In this document: positions 40,012 through 48,600 of the stretch, piece by piece | Numbering within the stretch: the stretch's first letter is position 1 | Layout: each line of letters begins with the position of its first letter | From: an uncultured Methanosarcinales archaeon | Lineage (GTDB): Archaea; Nanobdellota; Nanobdellia; Woesearchaeales; ARS49 | NCBI GenBank assembly: GCA_964353335.1 | Contig: CAYGVI010000003.1 | Location: forward strand, 419,694 to 483,693 | Direction of reading: 5' to 3' | Length of the DNA: 64,000 nt | Program-made: the position numbers and the translations under genes | Notes under the pieces: generated by a model | Told to the model about the DNA's origin: nothing | The model's database searches: none | The model's input: only the letters and a program-made list of their open reading frames with translations

Positions 40012-40073
40012 GGAAACGTTTTAATACTTATACACGATAACTTCAAAAAATCAGTCAAAAAGAGGTGCATTTT

Positions 40074-40406
40074 ATGAACAAAAGAGCTTCAGTGGAATTG
40101 GTTATTCTCGGGCTTGTTGCGGTCATCGCGCTGGTCGGAATGATTTTGCTGTTTACAGGCAAGATAACAGGAAATAGCGTGGGAAACTACGTTTGCACAG
40201 ACACAGAGCGGGACATGGACTTTTACACAAGGGGAGTCACGACTTATGCAAGCGCCCCCTTTACAGACACCTGTGCAGATAACAACAATGTCGCGATTGG
40301 AGGTGCCGGACCCAAGCTTATTGAGTATTACTGCAGGGACGGAGCCATGTATACCAACACCCAAAGGTGCATAAATGGCTGTGTGAACGGCGCGTGCATT
40401 ATTTAA
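40074..40406 (+). CDS. Pilin-like Cys-rich exported paralogue 4
   Basis: MNKRA-SVELVILG...; CTDT...EYYC...CINGCVNGACII. Confidence 0.8.
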   Translation: MNKRASVELVILGLVAVIALVGMILLFTGKITGNSVGNYVCTDTERDMDFYTRGVTTYASAPFTDTCADNNNVAIGGAGPKLIEYYCRDGAMYTNTQRCINGCVNGACII

Positions 40407-40408
40407 GT

Positions 40409-41104
40409 TTATTTTAACATTCCGGCAATGGCTGCAATTGCCATTGCCGCAGTTTCTATTCTTAGAATATTCCTGCCAAGAGATGCGGGAATGCAGCCTG
40501 CCTTCTTCAGGGCTGCTTTTTCCTCGTCGGTAAAGCCCCCTTCTGGCCCGATAAAGGCAATAGCGCTCTTTGGCTTTTCCTGAAGGGCTTCAAGTATTGG
40601 CTTGCCTTCCTGGTCAAGCAGAAGCTTTAGCTTTGCGTCCTGCTTCAAAGCCTCTTCTATCGTCGATAAGGGTTTAAGTTCAGGTATCCAGGCCTGCTTG
40701 CTTTGCTTGCAGGCTTCTATCAGGATTCTTTGCCAGCGCTCCTGCTTTGCCTCGCGCGGAAGCACTACAGAATGCTCTGTTTTAAGGGGAATTATCGTCG
40801 ATACTCCTAATTCTGTGAGCTTTTGGAGCATCCAGTCAGCGCGGTCTCCTTTTGGCACTGCTACTGCTATTGCAAGGGAAAACTCGCTTTGGGCAACTTC
40901 ATGGCTTTCCAGAAGCCTTGCCTTACCTTCTTCAATAAGCTCTGCTATGTTTACTGTGCCCTTTCCGTTGAACAAGCTCACTTTATCCTTTGTTTCTAGC
41001 CTTTGAGCCTTCAAGTGCCTAACTTCTTCTGGGTCAAGCACTATTTCGCCCGTCTGGGGCAGTTCTGGTGCGTAAAACCAAGGATTGTCGTTTGGGTTCA
41101 TCAT
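40409..41104 (-). CDS. rsmE: 16S rRNA m3U1498 methyltransferase (RsmE)
   Basis: K.DR.D..LQKLTELGV, EACKQS, IGPEGGF, LG.NILR.ETA. Confidence 0.9.
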   Translation of the reverse strand: MMNPNDNPWFYAPELPQTGEIVLDPEEVRHLKAQRLETKDKVSLFNGKGTVNIAELIEEGKARLLESHEVAQSEFSLAIAVAVPKGDRADWMLQKLTELGVSTIIPLKTEHSVVLPREAKQERWQRILIEACKQSKQAWIPELKPLSTIEEALKQDAKLKLLLDQEGKPILEALQEKPKSAIAFIGPEGGFTDEEKAALKKAGCIPASLGRNILRIETAAMAIAAIAGMLK

Positions 41105-41527
41105 ATACTCATTTGCCTCAAAATGCTTGCATTTTGATGACTTGCCGAACGCTGTTCGGCATCGCCTCACTTTTGATGAATAATACCCCTATATTTAACC
41201 CTTTTGCTCCCTCAAATTGCTCACTTTTGGTCAAAAGCACTAGTTTTAGATAGTGCCTAACCTATCCTAAACCCTTTCTGAACTCTCACTTTTCACTCAC
41301 AAAGTCCCTCTTTCTGGCTCCTTCTTTACCCTTCAGGACGCCTCACTTTGACGCATATAGGCATTATGTGTTTTATTGGTTCTTAGGCACCAGCATTAGG
41401 CACTAGTAAGCCCTCCTGAAGGCCCCTTTTGCCCTGGGCCAAGATTGGCAACGGTTAGACCTTGCCTTCCCCCGTCTTGGCTCTCTTATGACATTCTTGT
41501 CGCACTATATTATATGGGCGCCACTGC

Positions 41528-41968
41528 CTCATTCCCAGTCATTCCCAGTCCCATTCTCATTCCCAGATAATCCCTGCCGGGAATAACCCTGCTTCGTTCC
41601 CAGTCCCAAACTTTTCGCAGCAGTTCCACAGATCAGTATTGCCCCATTGAGCGTTAGCGAAATGGGGCCAGCCAGCTTGCTGGCGCTGCCTCATTCCCAA
41701 CACCACATTCTCATTCCCAAACGTTCCCAGATAGTCCCACTCATTCCCAGCCTGTCGTCACGGAAAGTTTCCGATAGTCCCACTCTCATTCCCACTCATT
41801 CCCAGGATATTCCCGCCTCCGTCTCAACTCATTCCCAGCTCATTCCCAGATAGTCCCAAGTGGGAATGTGGGAATGACGTTTTACCGACGATAAAACGTT
41901 CCCAAAAGGCAGCTGATAGTCCCAAAACAGTCCTGGGAACGTCATGGGAAGGTCCTGGGACCGTCCCA
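41528..41968. repeat. Array of short TCCCA-core repeats (CTCATTCCCA / GATAGTCCCA), iteron-like
   Basis: About 20 TCCCA on + and 5 TGGGA by manual count; many at 10-11 bp spacing. Confidence 0.9.
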
Positions 41969-42039
41969 AAAACAGCAGAAAAGAGGACAAAACAGGGTAT
42001 TGGAAAACTTTTTATACCTGCCCTTGTTTTCACTTTGCC

Positions 42040-42750
42040 ATGGGGTGGCTTTTCGGAAAAGAGGTTGACGACAAGGTTGCGCAGCTTGACCGCGCTTTAA
42101 AGGACAGCTTTGCGCATGTCAAGCAGGACACGAACGCGATATACCAATGGCTCGCGTACTTCCAGCAGCAGACAGCCCGCCAAAACCAGCTCATAGAGGA
42201 GCAGCAGCACGACCTCGACGACTACGAGCAGGAAATAGTCAGGCAGAAACAGCTTATCGAGAGGATGCAAACGGAATTAAGGGATGTTCCAAAGGATTCT
42301 GAGACAATAAAGCGTATTATTGACGCGTATTACGATTTCGACACCATGGTAGAGCGTATGAGACAAATAGAGGATAAATTGCGCCATTTGGAGCACCAAA
42401 AGGCAGCTCCAGCAGTTCAGCAGATAAGGCACGAGGTCGAGGCATTGCCTCACATTGCCCCTCCACCGTCGAGAACACAGGCTTTGAGGGACAAGATTGT
42501 CCAGAGGATAACCAGGAATTCGAAGGAATACCTGAAGGGGCTTATCATGAGCATGATCACGAAATATGGCAAGATATCGGCGCTGCAGCTCAGGGAAATG
42601 CTCGTCGAGGAACAGGGCCTTGCCAGCAAGAGCAGCTTCTACAGGCTCTTAGAGGAGCTTGAGGATGAGTCTGCAATAGGAGTTATTCACGAAGGAAAGG
42701 AAAAGCTGCTTATGGTCGGAGGGCACCTGAAAAAGGCTGTTGGAAGATAG
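42040..42750 (+). CDS. Coiled-coil protein with C-terminal winged-helix domain
   Basis: MGWLFGK start after TTTTTATA box; heptads; ISALQLREM...SKSSFYRLLEELE...wing. Confidence 0.75.
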   Translation: MGWLFGKEVDDKVAQLDRALKDSFAHVKQDTNAIYQWLAYFQQQTARQNQLIEEQQHDLDDYEQEIVRQKQLIERMQTELRDVPKDSETIKRIIDAYYDFDTMVERMRQIEDKLRHLEHQKAAPAVQQIRHEVEALPHIAPPPSRTQALRDKIVQRITRNSKEYLKGLIMSMITKYGKISALQLREMLVEEQGLASKSSFYRLLEELEDESAIGVIHEGKEKLLMVGGHLKKAVGR

Positions 42751-42818
42751 GGTTTCCAGCACAAAAATCCTTTTAAAGGAGCCAATCACAAGCAGCACAG
42801 TTATCGAGGATAGTTGGG

Positions 42819-43388
42819 GTGGAAAGTTTGAAGTCAAAACAAGCAGTGTTAGTGCACAGGGACGAGGCAGGCGCAGAGCTTGCCATGAACTCAATTTTCG
42901 ACGCATTCAGGGAGGAGCTCGACGACCACAGGGCAGCGATTAACGAGAACACAAACGAGCTCCAGTCAAACCACGAATACATCCGTTCTGTCGAGGAAAA
43001 GGTCGACAAGATTCACGCCCGCATAGAGGAGCTTTTCCTTCTTGTCGAGGGCAAAAAAGCAGAGCAAAAAATCGAAATCCAGCCTTTGACAAAGCGCGAA
43101 CAGGAGGTCTTCCAGGCGCTTTATATCGTCGGAGAAGGCATCCCTTTTGTCAGCTACAAGCAGCTCGCCAGGAAGCTCAACATCTCTGACACGCTTATTT
43201 CAGGATTTATCACAAACCTCGTCGAGAAAGGGGTTCCAATCCTGAAAAAGTATGACGAAGGGCAGGCATTTGTGCAATTGGAGCCCAAATTCAGGCAGAA
43301 ACAGGCAAAAGAGGTAGTTATTGGCCTGAATTCTCTGTTGTCACACTGGATGCAGGCTCCTCAGGCTGTTCAGAAGCCCCAGCCCTGA
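42819..43388 (+). CDS. Coiled-coil protein with C-terminal winged-helix HTH
   Basis: Coiled coil then LTKREQEVF..LY...SYKQLARKLNIS...ITNLVEKGVPI; start uncertain (GTG 42819 or ATG 42885). Confidence 0.78.
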   Translation: MESLKSKQAVLVHRDEAGAELAMNSIFDAFREELDDHRAAINENTNELQSNHEYIRSVEEKVDKIHARIEELFLLVEGKKAEQKIEIQPLTKREQEVFQALYIVGEGIPFVSYKQLARKLNISDTLISGFITNLVEKGVPILKKYDEGQAFVQLEPKFRQKQAKEVVIGLNSLLSHWMQAPQAVQKPQP

Positions 43389-43836
43389 GCTTTTCCTTCT
43401 TTATCTCGCTTTGAAGCTGTTCGATAAGCTTGAAAGAGCCATCCAAATGGGTTTTTATCGTCGATTCTGCCTTTCTGAACGCCCCTTCCAGGTTTGTGCC
43501 GTTCAGCTCATAACCGATGACAACTTTTCCATTGTTCACAAAGCTGGTTTTCTTGAGGATATTCAGGTCAAGCCAGCGGTGCAGATACTCGTACATTGTC
43601 TGGCGCTTTATGCCTGCGAAAGAGCCCATATCCTCGACGGGCATTACTGCCAGCTCAGGCTTTTTCTCCCTATTGGCAGCCTTCTTGCGCTCTGATAGCT
43701 CGAGAAGGAGCTTGTGCATCTGGGCGCTGCCGTCTTTTTTCCTCGGCAAAAGCCCAAAGCGGGCCAGAAGTGTCTTTGCGATATCCTCGGGAACTGCCTG
43801 TTCAGGCGCCTCTGAATGTTCGAGTTGGATTTTCAT
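43318..43836 (-). CDS. Winged-helix HTH protein
   Basis: VEDMG..AGIKRQTMYEYL.RW.DL.ILKK...GYEL. Confidence 0.72.
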   Translation of the reverse strand: MKIQLEHSEAPEQAVPEDIAKTLLARFGLLPRKKDGSAQMHKLLLELSERKKAANREKKPELAVMPVEDMGSFAGIKRQTMYEYLHRWLDLNILKKTSFVNNGKVVIGYELNGTNLEGAFRKAESTIKTHLDGSFKLIEQLQSEIKKEKLRAGASEQPEEPASSVTTENSGQ

Positions 43837-44793
43837 TTTCAAGGCGTTTAGACCTTCTGGTTAAAAAGCCTTGCGTAATCCCGACCAGTGTCCAGTGAAA
43901 CCCCAGAAAGTCGCACTTTGTGGAGTTTGCCGATGCCTCAGCGTCGGCATTAACCCGACAAAGGATGATTGAAACTGTCGCCAAAATGCCAGAATTTAGC
44001 CGTTTTCGCGTTTAAACCGCTTTAGAGCAGACTTTTTTCTCAAAATGGCTCAGAATACGGTACTTCAATGCATTTTTGAGCCATCAAACCCCAGATTAGC
44101 TAAAAATCCCGACTAAAACCACCTACCATCCCCATTCCAGATGTGCACAAAATTGTGGTTTCAGCGAAAATCCAGTCGGAGTCGGCAAAAACGCTGACTT
44201 TTCCTGATTTTCCCGACGAATAAGGTCAAGGTCGACCTGCTGCATACCCGTGGTTCTACACCAAAAGACCCACTTCGAGGCCCCACTATGAGTAATTCTG
44301 GCATTTTCCCTGACAAGTTTGAGTGCCTCAAAAACCTTTCAAAACCCTTGATTTGGTCAAAAACTGTTTCTGTAAAAAATTCATTTTAAATCGGTTGCTT
44401 TTTTTCGCCATTTTGCCGACGGAGCGCAGAACAATTACCTTTCGCAAGTGACAGTTGTAGCATAAAATAGAAATTAGGAAAATTGTTTCACAGAATATTC
44501 TTTTACAAAATATCTTTAACAAAAGTTGTCTTGCAAAGAATATTATCCAAAGCATATTTTCGTCTATATTTTTCTAAATAAGGAAAATAAAAACCAACCA
44601 TGAACAAAAGTGAGGGTAAGAAAGAAAGCATGAGCAAACGCAAAGTGCCTAACTTCCAGCAACATCCCAAGAGTCGCAGGCCAGAATCAGCCAAGATACC
44701 GACTCAGGAGCCAGAACGCCCTTAGGCACCAGAAAAATTGGGCATTAAAACATAAGAAAGTGACAGGGTTGAAGAACGAAAGTGAGAGAATGC

Positions 44794-45537
44794 CTATCCG
44801 ATGTATCCAACCTGCTTTTGTTCCTTTAGTTCCTGGGCTTTCATTGTCTGGCTGAGCATGCCTTTGAGCTTCTTTTCAAACTCCTCTGCCTGCTTCAGCA
44901 ATGGTGTGTAATTCACCTTTAATCCCAGTATTTTGTCGAGAATTTCAATGATTTTAGCAGCTGCCTTGCTGTCAGGCAGTTTTGAGTGTGTTTCAGCGAA
45001 TAATGAGAGTATTGGAAGCTGGTTGCGGAGCAGTATTGCAGCTGTGACGCCCATTATGATTCCTTCGCCAAGGCAGTCAACTCCCATTTTTTCCATTGTG
45101 CTCTTCAGCTGGGGATGGTCTGTGTAGAAGAACCCGCGGGTTTCCTCAGTTTCAGAGCTGCCAACCCCTTCAAGCGTGATAACCTCTGCAGCATCAATCT
45201 GCTTGCACAGGGTAAGTATCAGGTCTGCTGCGTGGAATTCCAATCCCTGCGCAGATGTTATTGCGTGGACAATCACAAGGTTGTATTCCTTGTTGTAGTA
45301 AATGCCAATCGGGTCAACTATCTTGTCGCCGTGCACAGCCAAAGTCGCAGGCGGGTCTTCAAAGTAGTAGCTTCCTATTTTCTCGCACTTCAGATGGTCA
45401 AGCAGAAAACCTGTTGCTATTGTTCCAACAAGCCCAAGCCCGGGGAACCCTTCAATTACCGTCGCTCCCTTTGGCTTCTTTGTCAGCACGAGCTCAGCGT
45501 GCAAAGGGTGCGGACCGTGAGCCTCTTTTTTCTGCAT
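44794..45537 (-). CDS. PAC2-family proteasome assembly chaperone
   Basis: IEGFPGLGLVGTIA, ITLEG, PD.KAA, L.KQAEEFE, C-terminal GYIG. Confidence 0.88.
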   Translation of the reverse strand: MQKKEAHGPHPLHAELVLTKKPKGATVIEGFPGLGLVGTIATGFLLDHLKCEKIGSYYFEDPPATLAVHGDKIVDPIGIYYNKEYNLVIVHAITSAQGLEFHAADLILTLCKQIDAAEVITLEGVGSSETEETRGFFYTDHPQLKSTMEKMGVDCLGEGIIMGVTAAILLRNQLPILSLFAETHSKLPDSKAAAKIIEILDKILGLKVNYTPLLKQAEEFEKKLKGMLSQTMKAQELKEQKQVGYIG

Positions 45538-45616
45538 GCACCATTGCTTCTTTAATAAGTTTAAATACCTTTCTTTTCCGCACCTTTAAAACGAGCGCGC
45601 AATTTTCACTACTGGC

Positions 45617-48600
45617 ATGCCCGAAAACGCAGTGTTTGCGGTAGTGAACGACGCGAATGGTGACATTGATTTTCTCAGGAATCTTTTCTCAAAGCTTCCG
45701 CAGGCGGTCAGCAATGAAACAGAGAAAAAACTGGACTTAATTGCGCTTATCGGAAACACTCCTGGCTCGCAAATGAGCACTGAAGAGCTCAAGGAATTTG
45801 ACGAGCGCGCATGGCAATTGCTTTGTGACGAGTTTAATGCCAACCGCGAAGGCTGGCAAAAGAAAAAAGTAATGAATGCCGCAGACCTTGGCAGCATTTA
45901 CGCAGTTGACCCTTGCGGCAATCCTGCCAGCAAGCCTTTTAGGCATTACATCGGCGCTGTTGACACAGGCGGAATCCCTGTGGAAGGGATTCTTGTTCCG
46001 AGGTTCCGTAAATTCTACCGCGACCTTGGCGAGGCAATGAGGACTGCGAGGGGCGAGGGAATAAAAGTCAAGGTTATGGGAAACAATATCTTCCAAGTAG
46101 AGGCGCTTTCATCAGACAGTTATCTTGACTGGCAGAAGGTTGTAATCAACAGGCTGGGCATAACCAGCTCAGGGCTTGATGAAATCACAGATGCTGCTGA
46201 TGCGCCGCTGCTCGCTTATCGCAGCGGAAAATCAATTGAAGAGGACGAAGCTCTGAAAAGCACGTTCTTTTCAGATATGAAGGAATCAGGCGTGATTATA
46301 TGCAATTCAAACATACCTTCCAAGGAAAGGCTTATGACCGGCGAACGCTACATGATTATTGCAGGTCAAAAAAATCCAATTGCGCACGGCAAAATCGCGA
46401 TACGCGAATCAAACTACCTCCCAAGCAAGATTTTTGACGAGATTGCCCACAAGCTTCCGCACTCGCCTGTGGGTGTTTATGTTTTCGACGGCAGGGCAGG
46501 CGCGCACTTGCAGTTTGTCTGGCATACTGAGACAGGCGCGTTCCAAAAGGCATCAAAACACAACTTCAGGCTTCATGAGGACGCTGATGCAGAACAGACA
46601 CGGAATTTCAGCGGTGAACGCGTGCCTATTCGTCCGCCGGATGCAGACACTCCTCCCCCGGTTCCGAGCAGTGAACCAGCCCATTTCTCGCAGCCTGAAG
46701 CCGGCCAGGGAACACGGCCTTTGGCTCTTGAAGCGAGAATTCAGCAACTTGAAGGGCAGCTGGCTGCCGCTGAAAAAATACAGGGGCAGCTTGAGGATGA
46801 GAATGAAGCGATTGTAAGCAGGTCAATGAGGGTTATTGGAAAAGTAAAGCGGTGGGCCACTGAAAGAGTTGCAGCTGCAAAGAAGGATGCAGATGATGCA
46901 GATGCCTACCTGATGGATCACGTTGATGTTTTTACTCTTGTCAAGGATCTTGATGGTTATGTGACTGAGAAACATCCTGAATTCAAAGGAAAAAAGCCTG
47001 TTGAAAGGGTTCTTGGATACTTGAAATGGTTCACTGGTCTGGGAGCAACCATTGACGAGCTGAGGGCAAAGGCACAGGAGGGGCTTTCTTCAAAGGCAAG
47101 GGTCAGTGAGCTCGAGCAGCAAATTGGTGCTAAAAATCAGGAGTTTGAATCAATACAATCGCTCTATGAGCAGGCAGTTGAGCCTCTTGCCAAGCGCCTG
47201 AAGGCAATATGTGGCGGCAGAATCCAGGCTGAAAATCCCCGCGATATACTGGAACAGGTTGCAGGGCTTGTCCAAAGCGGCGAGTTTGAACCTGAATCTG
47301 ATGATAAGTTGAAGCAGCAGTACGAAGCGTTTGAGCGGCAGCGTGTTGGATACGAACAGTCTGCTGCGAAAATACAGGAAGGGCACAAAAAGGCGCGCGA
47401 AGCTGACAAAAAGGAACATGATGCAGAAATTGAGAGGCTCACCAGCGAGCAAGTCACACAATTGAATTCCCGTAATGATGATGTTGATAGCGCACGCGAA
47501 GAGCGCGACCAGGAAAAAGAAAAAGCATTGAACCTGGAAAGAACTGCTGAAAGAAAACAAAAAGAACACGCAGCGCTTGAACAACGACTTGAAACCGCAG
47601 CCACAGAACTTGAAGCACTGCGAAAAGGCCAGCCAGACGCCGGAGAATTATCCAAGCTCAGGCAGGGGCGCGAAGCTGACAAACAGACGTATGATACCGA
47701 AATCGCTGCCAAACAAAAGGAAATTGACAGCCACAAAACCGAGTTGGAAACCAGGCGCAAGAAGCTTGAACACGCAGACAAAATGTTCGGCGCAGTTGCG
47801 AAAATCATTGAATCTGTTGCTCCCTATCTGAAAACAAGGTTTGGAAACAAACTGGTTGAAACAGACCCCATGAAAGTACTTGTAGAATTCAAAACTAAGG
47901 CGCTGAAGGCAGGAGATGAGCCAGGAGCAGGCGAAATTGAGAAGCGCATTGCAGAAATTGAAGCACAGCGTGCGGCTCTTGAACAAGAAAACAACAAACT
48001 GAAAGGCGATTATGCGACAGCCCAAACAAGTATTGGGCAAGTCAAGAATGCTGCTGAACTCCAGCTTACAGAAGTGCGAAAGGGCTATGATGAACAGCTT
48101 GCTGTAAAAGTAAGGGAATACGCTGCCCTTGAACAGAGGCGCCAAACCTCAGAACAAAAGTATGGCAAGGCTGTGGAGGATCGCACTGATCTTGAAGAAC
48201 GGTTGAAAAAGACGCGCGAAGAACATGGCAAAGCGCTTGGTGAACAGCGCACAGGCTTTGAAAAACAGCTTGGCGATGCGCGCAAGCAGTATGAAGCAGA
48301 CCTTAAACGCGCAAGGGAAGAGAAAGGCGAGCCAGACACTAAGCTTGCTGCAAAAGTTACTGAGCTTGAACAGAAGCTGGAGAAAGCAGGCAAGGACTTG
48401 GCTGCAAATCGCAAAAAAATGCAGGAAGCGCATGCAAAAGCTCTTGCAGAAAAGGACAAGTCACACACTGATGCTCTTACAAGGAAGGACACTCAGCGCG
48501 AGGCAATGGAGACTCAGTATCGCCGCGAAGTTGGGAAGAAGGATCAGGAATTGCAGGAGAAGGCAGATGAAATATTGCGCATTCGCAGGAATGCTGCAGC

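Noticed and set aside
38880..40406. Diversity-generating retroelement target array
   Set aside because: No reverse transcriptase or template repeat seen, and differences are not adenine-restricted.
41528..41968. CRISPR array
   Set aside because: Units are about 10 bp and irregular, with no 25-45 bp repeats separated by unique spacers.
41647..42033. ORFs 41647-41853 (+) and 41824-42033 (-)
   Set aside because: They are translations of the repeat array with TTG starts and no protein-like features.
43860..44330. RNase P RNA or SRP RNA
   Set aside because: I could not find the conserved RNase P P4 or SRP helix-8 motifs on either strand by eye; an Infernal scan would settle it.
44328..44725. 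Short ORFs in the right non-coding block (44328-44555, 44503-44694, and a 41-codon ORF from 44600)
   Set aside because: Compositionally biased, mutually overlapping, no recognisable motif.
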